From contig NC_045696.1 in assembly GCF_009834535.1 (NCBI RefSeq), positions 116,190,001-116,254,000 of the forward strand: a stretch of 64,000 nucleotides of DNA, given 5' to 3'. Made by a program: the position numbers and the translations under genes. Below the pieces are notes generated by a model. The model searched no databases and was not told the DNA's origin. It saw nothing but the letters and a program-made list of their open reading frames with translations. Of this stretch, positions 36,691 to 51,029 are shown in pieces (positions within the stretch are counted from its first letter, which is position 1; each line of letters begins with the position of its first letter). Source of the stretch: Camelus ferus (taxonomy: Eukaryota).

Positions 36691-39616
36691 GGGAAAATGA
36701 TGGGTTTGTGTGTAAATTACCAATGAATTTTCTTTCACATCACAGTCTACTTTCCATAAAATCTTCCACAGAGTTTTAACAGCTGCATTACATTCTAGTG
36801 TATGGACACAACATAACTTTTTACTAATCACTATCAATGAGCATTTATTTTATTCTGATTTTTGTTGTGTCAAACAATGCTTCAGTAAGTAGCCAAGCAC
36901 ATAAGTCAAGGCACAGCATAAGCAAATCTCCAGTATAGATTCACAGAAGTATGTACATTTTCTGGGTAAAAGTGTATAGGCATTTTTTACACTTACATTA
37001 ACAGAGAGTACACCTCAGAACAAGAGGTTTCAACAAGCCACAGAAGGAAGCTAGACTTTAAGGACACTTCTTTTAATTCCATTGTTTTTATATTTAAGTG
37101 ACACTTTAAATTTCCATTGTTTTTATGTTTGAGTACCAAGTATTTGTGACTAGTGATATTAGCTTTCCACATACGAAAAAGAAAGTGAAAAAGTGAATCA
37201 GTTCTAACAATATTTGTTATATAAATAAATAATAAACGGGGTACATGAAGGTGGTCTTTGGACCACATGACACAGAGACCAAAAAAAGGCCAAAAAAAAA
37301 AAAGTGTTCATGTTTAAACTCAGACAGATTCACTTCTAAAGTTTTACTATTTTTAGATATTTCCATGATGGTGAGAAGAGTGCCTGCAGTCGGAATGAGT
37401 AGTGCCCGGCTCACAGGCACTCTTTACCGCTGGTTCGGCAACCTGGGCCGCATGCAAACTGACAGGCCCTCAGACGCCTCCGCGTGGTGATTGCACACCC
37501 ACTCGCAGGTTACACCGACCTCATTCCACCTCATGCCAGCTCTCACTGCCTACGTAAAGGGTGCTCGACAAATGTTGACTACCCGACGTTGCTTCTGCCA
37601 GTTTTCCACCCGAGCGCGTGATTGAATTCTAACCACAGACACATTTCATAGATTTTTACAGATGCTCCTGGGCCTATAATTTGTCTGCCACTTCCAGTTT
37701 GCCAAAATGCCCTTGAGTTCAACTGTGTTGCCAAATCTAATATACCGTTTGTGTGTTTAAGATGTTAGGCTCCAATATCTTCCCTTTTCACATAGTAATA
37801 TCTACATCATTGCACAAGGCACGCCAACAACTTCGGGTGCGGTCTTGCTGTGTGGAATCAATGACGTTCTCGATGAGAAGTTTACTTACAGGGAAATAAA
37901 AGCACATGCCCATGAAGCTACTTCCCTTGACTCTTTCATCAAGCCTGCTCTTTAGTGATTTCAGAAATGTTCAGCTGCAAACTTCAAATTGCTTTGCACC
38001 TGGAATTTGTCTCCACGTTGTATTCCAGAGTCTAAATCTGTTACCACATGTTTCTATGTTAAATTGTTAGCCAAATCCACTTATAGAAACTTCTGATCTT
38101 TATCCCAGAGGCTACTTTTTCAAACCCCAGGTTGAAAGCATTTAGTTACACAAACCACACAGTGTGAATTTATAGCCACACTACTACCAAGGGGCCTTTG
38201 TCTCCTTTTTATGTTCCCCTGAAGACTAAAGTTTACAGTTTTATAGCAGTCCAGAGTTGTTCATATTATCTCAAGTGAAAAAGCTCATTGTTCATTTTAA
38301 TCTACAAGTATCTCTATTCTTAGTCAAATTTTATATTGAGAATATTACATTTTTGCCATTAGACAAAAAAATATTGTATTGGTGGAATTAACCTCAAGGT
38401 TAAGAGTTCTAATCCTCAGGGTCTTCAACCCACCTAAGTAATATAAACTACAAACTCTCCAGAGAAAGAGATTCTTAAAATTGTCACATAAGTTCATTTC
38501 AGTGGTTCATATCAAGTTTCCATTTTATTCCAAATACCTCCTAATGCAGTCTACGTGCATGTCAATTTTTTTTTCTTTTCAATCACTGCAAATACATAGA
38601 AGTGTCCTTTCCATAATTCTTCAAATCCTTTTTAATATTATTTAAAATACTAGGACAGATATCAGGCTTTCTTTTCCTTGCTAAATATTGTATATCCCTT
38701 TGATAGTGTCCCCAGTAATGTGTCAGTTCTTTACCTTGCTCCTCCCATTGTTTATTGATTGCTTAGTGAGGGAATCAGTCAAGATCAAGTTCCCCCCACT
38801 GTACTCCTTAGAACAGATCCGGACAGGTTGGGTCACTCATTTTGTAACAGTAATTGCAGCCGCCACTTACTAAGCCCTTGCCGTGTGTCTGGTGCTCTTG
38901 TCTACATGGAAACATACTCTGTTTTCTACAAACATTGCAATGACTCCATAATGTAAATAACATTATTGTCTCCAGTTGTGTATAGGGAAACTGAGGATTG
39001 GAAAAGTGCAGTATTTTCCCAACACACCTCATCTGAAACAGAACTGGGATTCGTGCCCAGAGCTGTCAGGCAAAACCCTTCAGTGCTACGCTTATTCACT
39101 GCCAAGCTAATGAAGTTGGGTCTTGTGTTTAATTTATATTTGATCTCACAGTAGGTGAGAAATAAACTTCATTGCAAGGTCACATGTTGCAAAATTAATA
39201 GTAACCTATCAGTAAACTACAGGTAGACGCTATTGATTTAAAGGGAGATAATTTCTTTTGATGAACAACTTATCCCTTACCACTGGACATTACCAAGATA
39301 TATCTTACTAACAATTGGCCAGCATCTTCCAGTTTTATCCTCAGTTAATTTATTCTTCATTTACTTCCATTGCTTGCTGATTCATTTTCAATTTTGTGCT
39401 TCACTGTGACCTCAATATTCTCTTCTCCTTGCACTCTTAAGTCCACATCAGGCATTTATGGTGCAGTAATGCAGAATTTCATTCCAAATGGAGATAGATT
39501 TTTCCACATGTATTGTGACTATATGTCTGCCCTTCTGTATAACGCATCCCTATTAACTGTATAAAAATTATTTTTATTAGACAAAAAATTATTTTATCAA
39601 GAACTAAATCCTCTAC

Positions 39617-39797
39617 TGTATATGAAATAGATAAACAACAAGTTTATACTGTACAGCACAGGGTACTATATTCAATATTTTGTAGTAACCTATAATGAAA
39701 AAGAATATGAAAAGGAATATATGCATGTATATGTATGTACACCAGAAAATGGGCACAGCATTGTAGACTGACTATATTTCAACTAAAAATTTTTAAA
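39617..39797 (+). mobile_element. Short L1 3' end with TSD
   Basis: TSD aagaactaaatcctctac / aagaactacatcctctac. Confidence 0.9.
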
Positions 39798-40831
39798 AAG
39801 AACTACATCCTCTACAGTTTAAAAGCTTTTTAGGTACCATTTTATATTTGCAGAGTATCTTCATTGTTTCAAGTGGCTTCTCAAAACAAGAGACTATAGC
39901 ACAGGATGATTTTTTTTTGCCAAGGGGCACCTGGAGTTAGAGGCAGAATTGGCACTGGAATTCTGTGCTATTAAATCACAGCTCCCCCATCTGTTCCTTA
40001 ACCACCCAGCAGCATAGACGCCCAAAGGTTTAAATAAACAGGAGAGCCAGATCTTCATCGATGGCCTGTATTTCTCACTTATCTTTCCCCTTTGAATGTG
40101 GCACGTTATCACGGCTGTGCTGTACTGTTAGTCATATAAAAACATATGTAGCTGAAATACCACAGCATTAATTTTAGAAAGTACCCAGAAGCGAACTGCG
40201 TAGTAGAATATGAGACTGGGACAATAATGTTGGTTTGGCTAGCTGATCTGTAGTGTAGAGACTGACAGATTTTTTTTTTCCAAATTCTTTATTAGATATC
40301 ATAAAAGGCCATCAGACATTGGCATGATTGGTTTCCTAAGTTTTTCTTGTAATTAGCTGCCAACATTTAACTATCAAAGAGTTTACATAAAAGAACAGAC
40401 TTGCAGTGTCTTTTCAATCATAAGGTCTGGTTAGAGTGGACGCCACATGACTATCTGTTGTCCCCACTGGCCGGAGGATGCACCGCCACTTTACCACTGT
40501 GTCCCCTCACCTGCTTCACTGATCTGAATTACCTGACTGATTTGTGTCGAAGACGGCATGTGTGGCTTTGGAAGAACTTAATGGGCTCTGAAAGGTATCA
40601 CAGGAAATTTGACTCAACACAGCAAAATATGGTGAGTCTGGTGACAGATGGACTCATTACAAGATCTCAATAAAATCCATTATGCAAAATGTTTAGCCTG
40701 GGCCCAGACTACGAGATGGATCTGAAAACATCATAACTTATAAAGGTCCTACAAGGACCAGATTTGCCCAACGCAGGATGCTTTTTCTCCTTTAAGAGTA
40801 TCAAAAACAAAGTAAATTATGAAATCATAAT

Positions 40832-40920
40832 GGGGGAGGGAAATAGCTCAGTGGTAGAGCACATGCCTAGCATGCATGAGGTCCTGAGTTCAATCCCCAG
40901 AGCCTCCATCAAAAAAAATA
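40832..40920 (+). mobile_element. Vic-1-like SINE (short tail)
   Basis: tRNA-Ala-like head plus A run. Confidence 0.88.
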
Positions 40921-41039
40921 TATCATAGAGAATTTAGGTTTTTAGCATGTCAATGACTATTATCTATTTTTCCAATAAGACCTGAAAATCCTTGACTAAG
41001 TCTTTTAACCTAAAACTGAATCAGTTTAATACCTAAGGA

Positions 41040-41246
41040 TTAACAGACACACATTGCTATATTTAAAGTAGATAAACAATAAGGTCTTACTGTTTAGCAC
41101 AGAGGACTGTATTCAATTTCTGGTAATAGCATATAATGGAAAAGAATCTGAAAAATTATATATATGTATAACTGAATCACTTTGCTGTACACTTAAAACT
41201 AGCATTGTAAATCAAGTGTACTTCAATAAAACATTAAAAAAAAAAT
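41040..41246 (+). mobile_element. L1 3' end
   Basis: gtagataaacaataaggtcttactgtttagcacag...cttcaataaaac. Confidence 0.85.
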
Positions 41247-41417
41247 AAGGAAACTGCAAAATGCATCTATTCTTAAGATCAAGGGTGACTGAGGGAGTAA
41301 ATATGGGCTCTCACACTGTGCCCAAGAAATAAAAGAAAATCCCTAAATCTAATTGCAAGCCAGATTATGTTCAGAGAGTTTCTCCAAGCAAATGAGAGGA
41401 ACAATATACTAAAAAGT

Positions 41418-41650
41418 AGGGGGTGGGAGTGTAATTTAGTGGAAGAACCTCTGCTTAGCATGTGCAAGGTCCTGGGTTTAATCCCCAGTACCTCCATTAA
41501 AATATATATATTTTTACATATATATATAAATATATATATTAAATGTATGTGTGTGTGTATATATATGTAAGTATATGTGTGTGTGTATATATATATATAG
41601 GTATATGTGTGCATATATATATTTTGGTATATGTATATTTTGGTATATGT
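41418..41650 (+). mobile_element. Vic-1-like SINE with expanded TA/TG tail
   Basis: tRNA-like head; TSD atatactaaaaag on both sides. Confidence 0.88.
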
Positions 41651-42724
41651 ATATACTAAAAAGAAACTTCCAGAAAAGAAAAAAATATTTTTGTTTATTT
41701 TTATACCACTTGTGAAGTAAGAAATATTTGTAAGAAATAACCTTCTGGAGTATTCCACAGAAACAATCCTATCTTAAACCTCAACATAATGCAAAACTGT
41801 CAAGATGGAATCGAATTTGACCTAATTATAAGAGTGGCTTTTCATCATGTTGGCGCTGATTAAGACCTTAGTTTGCATTTAGGCAATGCCCCGCCTTGAA
41901 AGGGTACTTGCATTAATCCATCCTACGTTGCTGACAGAAAAGCTCAGTCGTGGATTGTCAGGTATTTTTATCTTGTTCAAGAGCGTGCTCTCGTGAGCAA
42001 GTTATAATCTAATTAAAGCCAGTCATGTTTACTCCTCTGGGAAATACAGTTATTCGTAGATATCAGAATCTTTCCTGTGTTTCTGTCTACTACACAATTT
42101 ATGTTTTGTTTCTCACTTCTGAGACTCTTGAGGAGTTATTTTCCTGTCACCCTAAAATAGAAGTGTGCCCTGTGGCAATGTTTTCAGTATAGCTATTTGC
42201 AGTTAAATCGAATGAAAAATGAATAATGTGTTTATTAAGAGTATCAGGAGTGGAGATGCAACTTTTCTCATTATGTTATATTACTGTTTCTGCTGAGCTA
42301 CAAGATATTAATAATTTTATAACATAAATAGTAGATTAAGCTTTGAAAAGTCATATCTACTGGAGCATACCTGGACTGGAAATTCTTTCACATGGTGGCA
42401 AGAGCCTTTAAATCAAAGTCAAATATAAATAAGGTATAAACTTCTTAAATTTTATTTTCCCCAGGAAGTGTTTTCATTTTTCTGAAACTAGAATGCGTTT
42501 TTATATTGATATTATAATATTGCTGTAAATATTATATAAATACATTCTCCAATATACCTACAGGTTCTGTAACCAAATAATGTATGTATTATAAAAGTCA
42601 GAAAGATGAAGAAATTGCTTCATACTGTTTACTTAGCATTTCACACGCCACATACTCTATTTCAAAGGACAAAAAAGCTTAAATGTTAAGGGACAATAAT
42701 GGTGTTCTCTTTTTCTAGGGTTTC

Positions 42725-43250
42725 ATATACCAGGCACTGGTTGCGCATTAAATCCTCACACCGTATTCGCATTATCCTCTCTTAGCAGAAGGGGAAACCG
42801 AGGTCCAGGAAGGTTAGGTAACTTGCCAAGAGTCAACCAGCTAGTAAAGGATGGAGCAAAGATACAAACCCACATGGTTTGAGCCCAGTGCAGGGCTTCT
42901 CCTGTCTTTCCTCGCTGTTCTTTCTCTTCAATTGAGGGCTTCTCCACTTCCCAAGTTGTGGTCATTCAAGTGCTACCTACGAGTTTCAAACTCTCCTGCC
43001 ATTCTTCACAGCTACGGGGACAATATTTCAGGGTGGATTTTGTTGAAGTCTGTATTCAGACACCAGCCCTGCCACTTACTCTGCATGGATCAAGGCTTGT
43101 CTTTTAAACCCTCTAAGCTTCAGTTTCTTCATCTGTCAAGTAATACCGACTTCCTTAGAACTGTCTTGAGGATTAAACAAGGAATGCGCGTAAAGCACTT
43201 ACCTAAGAGCCGGGCTGACAGCAAGCACTTGATCAACATTGACTGTTATT
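42725..43250. mobile_element. Two MIR fragments in opposite orientation
   Basis: ggggaaaccgagg...taacttgccaag and cttcagtttcttcatctgtcaag...gtaaagcactt. Confidence 0.7.
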
Positions 43251-43501
43251 ACGGTGGCTTTAATGTTCGACAAAAGGAGGGCATGCAGAGGGTCCTCTGT
43301 TCAGGGGTCAGATTTTCCTACATCATCAAACCAAACACAATTTTGTGTGTGATGCAAAGCTGTGTTGTTTTGGGTTTGGGTTTTTTTTATTTGATCACAA
43401 AAAGGGAGACTCTTTCAATAATGTGGATACGCACCATGACATAACCAGTGGTCTTCCCTGTGGGAGCTGAAGATCTGTGAGATTAAGAATACAAATTAAA
43501 T

Positions 43502-43732
43502 GCGGGGGGAAGGGGGTGGGAAGGGATAATTGGGAGTTTGAGGTTTGCAAATACTGCTGTATATAAAATAGATTTAAAAAAACAAGTTTCTTCTGTATAG
43601 CACAGGGAACTATATTCAATATCTTGTAGTAACCTATAATGAAAAAGAATATGAAAACAAATACATGCATGTATATGTACGACTGTACACTGGAAATTGA
43701 CACATTGTAACTGACTGTACTTCAGTTTTAAA
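43502..43732 (+). mobile_element. L1 3' end with TSD
   Basis: TSD aatacaaattaaat / aatacaagttaaat. Confidence 0.9.
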
Positions 43733-44104
43733 AATACAAGTTAAATAATAGAACAGTATCTGTGCCTTTTAAGCTAAATTTTTAATGATATTTTCTAATG
43801 GTATACAGAAGGAATGAGAGTGAATCAGAGAAATATGCAAGAATTAAAGTCCTAATGCCTTTATTTCCTTCAGCAACTGTTTACTAAAGCCAAGGAACAA
43901 CTCTCAGAAAACAACATCTTGAAATAACATCCCTGTGGGGATGTCCTCATTTATACGATAAATATTAAGACTACATTTGCCCAAAGTTGCCATCCCTTCA
44001 TTTGCGAGTGTCATTAGCGTTAGTGGTTTCCAGATTTTTAATCACCCTAAAGACAATGACAATGTTAACCATATGAGGTACATTATGCTAGAATGATTTT
44101 TTTT

Positions 44105-44710
44105 TAAGGTAAAATTACTGTGGAGCTAATGAAGTTCACATGAAAGGCTCTTCGTTTGCATGGGGCCCTTCCAGAACTCTGGGATGTTGAGTTAGAGATA
44201 CATTTAATTTGAGTTTAGTGGGAGTTATTTATGTGGTTTGCAGTCACTTCCTTGTATAGCTAAGTTATTATTGGCATTTCTGATATACAAATGGATTCCA
44301 AAATACTCCTGCCCACTCTAGTGAATTATCCAGCATTGTTTTATTAAGATGAGAGACAGAATTCATACAGCGATAGAAACACGGCTATGGTATCCGGACT
44401 GGAATTGTAGGCATAGCGGAGAAGAAACAAGACAGCAAATATTTGGAGCCAGAAGACAGTCTGTGGGAAATTATAATACAGATGTATTGGCAGTTAATTA
44501 ACAAAAATATTATTTCTCTGGATCTTGCGATATTCTAGGGTTTTTTTCAGCTTTTCTACATTTTCAATTTGTTACTTTTTTCTCATTTTAAACCAATGTA
44601 GACTTTTATGCCTAATTCTGCATTTGTAATTTTGTGTCTTTTTACATAAAAGAGCACTAACCTGTACAGGGCTTCAAAGTCAAGTCCCACAAAACCTGGA
44701 CCTACCCTGA
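44105..44710 (+). mobile_element. MER115-like hAT-Tip100 non-autonomous element
   Basis: ctgtggagctaatgaag...gcatggggcccttcc start and cccacaaaacctggacctaccctg end. Confidence 0.6.
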
Positions 44711-46164
44711 CAATAATAGAAGGCTAATTGTCCTGTGTGCACACTTCTCCCAGATAGGGTCACTGACAGGGTCAAATGAAATCTTTCTCACTGCAAAAAA
44801 ACAAGTCTTCTGTGAAAAAAGAGAAGGAAAAGATATGAGAGTATCAGAATCAAGGCAAATTAAGACATCTTTAAAAACCCTCAATTATTCTTTTTCATGT
44901 GTCATTATAATCCCCCACATCTATGTTAAATTCATCATTCCATTCGTGCAGTCAAGGTATCTTAGCTAAGACCTCTTAAGTATGAAAGGTGTTAATCTTA
45001 TTTTAAGATCATTCCTTTTGGAATATATCCATCACCTGAAAGAAAAAGTTGGCAAAATGTAACCTGGATGAAGGTACAAAATTATACCTACCCATACATA
45101 AATATAAAAAGCTGACTTTGATTTTTCAGTTTGGGAAAGATTGAAGTAAGAAAGGCTGTGATCAGAATTTTTCAAAAGAGTTCAATTCATTCCTGGGAAG
45201 GACTTCACATGTCTGTAGAAGCCTTTATTTAATGGACACCTTAACATGTCATCTTAAAGATTTGGTTAATATCTGGGTGGCCCTAAAATCTCTAACGTGC
45301 CCAGAGAAGCCTCAAGGCTGCTATCTATCAACACTTTTGTGACATCTATTGAGCATTGTGTTCTCAGCATCACAAACTACCTAAAAGCCCATCTTGACCT
45401 TACAGTAATTGACGTAGCAAGTGAAATTATCATGGCCTTTTAGGTGCCATATGAAACGTGCTAAGGTATCATTCAGTCATTAGATGATATACCCATTTAC
45501 CTGACTCCTGGGGTGGGAGGAGCTACAGCGTTGACTTAGCTTGATAAACAGACTGTCACGTACTGACTGCAACAAGCAAAAGACCTTTGTCCCCAATAAA
45601 TTTGACATTTACTTAAACTCTGGCACAATAATAAAGAAAACCATAAAAACAGGCTTCCCCGAAGGCTCTGTATCCCAATATTTGACAGTTGGGGGTATTA
45701 GTCTTGAATTTTGCCAGTGAAGCCACTTTTCCCAAGAAATCTGCTGTAAGAGTATATTGGAATTGCATAGTATTCTAGCTCCACCAAGTGACAGTTTCAT
45801 ATTGTTGCTATGTTGACATTCATCTGCTAACCTCTGAGAGGGGTACCAACAAAATAAGACAGTCTACGCACAACACGCTCATGCAACTGGTCAAACTGGA
45901 GAGGATTTTTCTCTATTCATTCATGGTTCAAAAAACAACCTTGCATTTGAGCTTCTGGAATTCTATCCTCCACTATGTCTTTCTAAAATACATCAGCTTG
46001 AAATAGAAAGTCATACAATCATAGGATTTTTGAAATTCATTATGTCACATACCATTCTGAGCTTATCATTATGTTTGTTGAGGAAGAAAGATGGATGCAA
46101 GCTTCCTATTCACCCCAGATACTTGTGTTTTAGAAATTAAAGTTTATATAAGTCACAGTAGTAC

Positions 46165-46405
46165 CTTATGTTTGTATTTATATTTATTATATATTTATAT
46201 ATTGTATATATAAATTATGTATATCATACATTATATTTTTATATATTTTAATATATAAATTATTATAAAGTATAGATATATTTAAATATATTTATTTATA
46301 TTTTTAAACTTTTAAATATATACTTATATATTTAATATATGTAAATTTTATAAATATATTTATTTTATTTTTAAACATTTTTAAAATATAATTTTTGAAA
46401 AATAA
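46165..46405. repeat. AT-rich low-complexity tract
   Basis: Almost pure A/T degenerate TA repeats. Confidence 0.9.
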
Positions 46406-46899
46406 GGTTTCTCTAGCTCAAATTCCTGTTTCTCTAGCTCAAAAATTACAGAATAATGGGGGGAGCTTTTTTTGTCAAATAACAAGCCATATTGTATTTC
46501 TATTAATAAAAATAACATGTTCAGTATTCAAAATAAATAATTAACTCATAATACGGAAATACATTTTTCAAAGAGAACAAAAAGATTTAGAAACTATTTA
46601 TAATTCCTCCACCCAAAGTAGCCAGTAGTACATTCTGGTGGATAATATCAGGCTATTTGCTACACATACATTCACATCTGTATCCAGGGGGCACAAAAAT
46701 AGTATCAATATAATGCAAGTTATGTTCTACTTTTCTTTTTTCTTTATAAAGTTTATAATGTACAACATTATTTTATATAGATGCATAGTGTTCTAAAATA
46801 AAAAATATATTATCCTTTGTATATCAATGTCTTAACATTAAACATTTTTGTTGCTTGGTGCCAATTTTTCTCCATAACAGACAACTGTAAATAGGCTAT

Positions 46900-48500
46900 T
46901 TTGTATAATATAGCTATATTAATATCAAAAAACTTTAGAGCAAAAAGCATTATTAGAAAAAAAGAATTACTACTTCATGACTAAAAGGATCATTTCACCA
47001 AAATGATATAGATTTTAAACTTGTACATGTCTAAAGCATAGCTTTAAAATAAAAGCAAAATTTGACAGAACTAAAATATGTTGACATTATATAAAGAATT
47101 TATATAAGGAATTTTACATTATGTAAAATATATATTATATATGGAACTTTTACATGCTTTTGGCTATTACTATATTAGATTATTATACTTACCAAAAAAT
47201 AGTGAGAATATAGAAAATTTGAATAACATAATTAACAAGCATATTTAAAAGAACATATAAAAAATACTAAACTCAAGAATGAAATTTTAAAAAAAACCTA
47301 GCCTTTTTGAGAACATAAAAATTTATATAAAAATTGACCAGTTGCTACCAATAAAGTAAAATTCAGTAATTTTTAATAATTATTTTCATGTGGATCATAA
47401 TGCAATTTTAGAATGACATGACAAAGATATTTTTAATGCATCTGGAAACTGAGAAATTTTCTAAGTAATTCAGACTAAAAGAAAGCATCAAAGTGAAAAT
47501 TAGAGAATATATAGAGTTGAATAAAAGATGAAATAATATCTATTAAAATTTCATTATTTTGTTTGTGAGAAAAAAGAAAACCTTAAAATTAATTTATTGA
47601 GCTTTAACCTAAGATGCTAGAAAAGAATAAAATAATAAAGGTGAAAAAGATAAAAATAAAATAACAGAAACTAATTTAATAGGGTGAAAAAAAATCAGAG
47701 AAAGAATAAATGAACTAAAAGTTGGCTCTTGGAAAACACTAATAACATTGACAACCTTCTAGCAAGACTGATAAAGAGTAAAAGACCTTCCCTAAAAATG
47801 CTTAAAAGTGAAAAACTGGAAGTTATCACAAACGCATCATTACAAAGATTAAAAAGAGACTATTATGAATAACTTGACTCCAATAGATGTGAACACTTGA
47901 AGTGCACAATTTCCATGTATACATATGTATTTATATAATACATATATACACATATGTACATGTACAGACACATATACACAACCACACAATCACACATACA
48001 TATAACTTCATCCTAACTGAATCAGGAGAAATTTTTAAAAACTAATTAATCCCCCTAGTTAGTTAAAGAAACAGTCAATATTCAAAATATTTACACACAC
48101 ATATGCACACAAACAGGCCTACACATTTTAACAGGTGAGTTTTAACCAAAAATCTAAGTATTTCCTGGTCCCGTCTTACATTAATTCTTACAGAGACTAG
48201 AAAAACAGGGTACGCTCTGTACTCATTGTATAAGGCTTGTACAACTTTGATACCAAAGAAGAGTGTAGCAGAAAGCGCAATATCACTAGCAAACATGATA
48301 AAAAAAGATTCTAAATAAAACATTTAGACCTGAATCCAGCAACTATTTTAAAAGATAATACAGCCTGACTAGGTTGTGTTTCCTCCCAAGAATGTAAGGT
48401 TGGTTTCACATTAGAAAGCCTGTTATACAATTCAGTATATTGACATTTAAGGAGGACAGATCCTATGATTCTCTCAATAGAATCAGAAAAGTATTTCATC
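46900..48500 (+). mobile_element. Degraded old L1 ORF2 (EN to RT region)
   Basis: A-rich L1M text, e.g. aaaagttggctcttggaaaacactaataacattgacaaccttctagcaagactg, cccaagaatgtaaggttggtttcacattag. Confidence 0.75.
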
Positions 48501-48631
48501 CATCCATTCATTCATTTGTTCACTCACTTAATAAATATTTATTAGTGCTTACTATGTGCCAGGCACCGTTCCAGGGGCTGGGGAAAAAACCCATGATGGG
48601 ACTACTGACAAGTCACTGAATTCTTACATAT

Positions 48632-49082
48632 ATATATTATTAAAGTATAGTTTGTTTACAATGTTGTATTAATCTCTGGTGTACAGCATAATGCTGCATT
48701 TATACATATATATAAATTTCTCTTTTTCATTATAGGCCATTACAAGGTATTGAATATAGTTCCCTATGTTATACAGTAGGACCTTGTTGTTTATCTATTT
48801 CATATAAAGTAGTCAGTATCTAAAAATCTCAAATTTCCAATTTATCCCTCCCCACCCCCAGTAACCATAAGTTTGTTTTCTATGTCTGGGACTCTGTCTC
48901 TGTTTTGTAAATAACTTCATTTGTGTCCCTTTTTTTTTTTAATATTCCACACATAAGTGATATCATATAGTATTTTTCTTTCTTTTTCTGGTTTACTTCA
49001 CTTAGAATGATGACTTCCAGGTCCATCCATGTTGCTGCAAATGGCATTTTATTCTTTTTTATAGCTGAATAATATTCTAGTG
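48632..49082 (-). mobile_element. L1 3' end nested in an L2 remnant
   Basis: Antisense L1 3'UTR; L2 tail cattcattcatttgttc...tgtgccaggcac lies to the left. Confidence 0.88.
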
Positions 49083-51029
49083 TGTGTGCGCGTCGTGCGC
49101 AAGTGTGTGTGTATCTGGATTCTGAAGTATTGAATGTAGAGATGACATTCTTTGCTGACAATTGGTGGTTATATTGTCTGAGAGAAAAAAGGGTTAAGAG
49201 GGATTCCAGAAGTTTGACCTATGCAACTAAGAAAATTCAGCATTCATTCAGTAATTTAATCATTTAAGTTAAAAAAAAAAATTTTTTAATGCCCTCCTTT
49301 CACCAAACGACAAAAATGAAATGGCATTGTATTAAAAAAAGAAGATGAAGAAAGTTTTAGGGCAATCACTGATGGGGGAATGAATAGAAAATAATCCTCT
49401 TCACCTGACTGGAGAATTGCATATTCAGACGCCTAAACCAAGCAGAGAAATGAGGAGCCATGGAGGCACATAAAGCTAGAAGACTGAAACTTGCAAGCAA
49501 GGAGAATGCCACCTGGGACCGCCTTCCCTCAATTCTCCATCATGGCTGCCACATGCCAGCCCCCTAGGCTCCCACAGAGAAATGGTTCACCCTCCAAATG
49601 TTTTTAAGTCCATTCTTAACTCAGGATATATTATTCTCATAGAAACAACGTTACAGACAGTGTAGAACAGCCCACTGAAGCCCACTCAACTCAGACCATC
49701 GATTAATTATACTGTTACCAACAGGCCCACAGAACCTAACCATTGACAGTATCGTTCCTCAGGGAAAACTGATGCCAATTCCACCTCAAATGCCATAGTA
49801 TGGTTTCCTTTTAATGCAGATCCAGGAATGGGAAAGGTTAATTGCCCCCAACCCGCTATGGAAAGCCACAGATTCCAGTGGCTCCAAAGGAATCAGGAAG
49901 AAAAATTAGGAAGTAAAACAGCACCCCACAGAACCTAGACCTCCCTGCCTCCCCCTTACCCCAAGCGAATCTCCAGTCTCAGCCATAACCAGTGTCGACT
50001 GTGAAGAGTCCTGAGCACACTGAGAAGCCTCCAGGATCAGAACTTTGGGGCCATTCCCAGCATGCTTTGAAGGGAACTTCCAGCAGCCAGGCCCAGGAAT
50101 GAGTCCTCTGGTGAGGGGTCCTGTCTAAGATAAGTTTTCGAGCTCTGTATTCAATCACGAGCTATCTGAACCGTAGCAAATAAGCACTGTCAGTAGGAGG
50201 TTAGGGGATAATAAGGCATTCCCTTTCCTGAAGCAGAAGAAACCAGGAACCTATTATTGGGCCAGAGAGGCCCACAGGCCATCCTTCACACCACAGGATT
50301 GTGTGTAAATGGACCCTTGCGGATGGCCTACAGCACCTGCGGGAGACAAAGGGGTGACAGGCACAGGTCCTCCCATGAGGAGGAAATGAAGGGTAGTGCA
50401 GACTTCCAGGAAGCTTTTCAAAAAATAAGAAGCCGGCCTTCCAAAGTCCGCCTCTTCTCTCTCTAGCTGGAAATTCCTGCGGCAAGTACAAGCGTTCCCT
50501 GCTGAGACGTGCTGAAAAGTCTTCTGGGATTTGTGGACGAAGCATTACTCAGGACTCATGGGGGGAAAAATGGCAATTTGTAACTGTGACATTTTGCCAA
50601 TGCTTCAACCTCTGCATAGCTAATTCTGTTTCCTAGGGCTCTTCCTAGATTTTTCTTGACTATTTGAATTAGTGATGATTTACTTGGCATATTTCTTCTG
50701 ATTACATATGAAATTAAATCTTATTTCCAGGAGCTTTTCCCCCCTCTCTACTTCTTTTCTAATTAACTGGACTACGCAGAAGGAATACTGACATCTACTC
50801 TCATTCCACACAAGTATGTCTTATACAATTTTTATGAGTACATGTCCGACTTACCAGATTCACCTTCCAACTCTAGAAAAGATAAACTTGTACTCGACTT
50901 TATATTCAAATTATCTTTATGAATTATATTTTATTCAGTAAATCCATCTTTCTGTCACAAACAGGACTTCTCAGAAATCTTTCTGAACGAGTTAATGCAG
51001 TTTCTAAAAAAATATGATGATGGGATGGG

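Noticed and set aside
37245..37490. 81-aa ORF in the CpG cluster
   Set aside because: It starts in A-rich low-complexity sequence and has no recognisable homology; kept only as a possible regulatory region.
41279..41758. 159-aa minus-strand ORF
   Set aside because: It is an antisense SINE plus TA/TG microsatellite translation.
42851..43444. 197-aa ORF
   Set aside because: It runs through MIR fragments and has no recognisable domain or exon structure.
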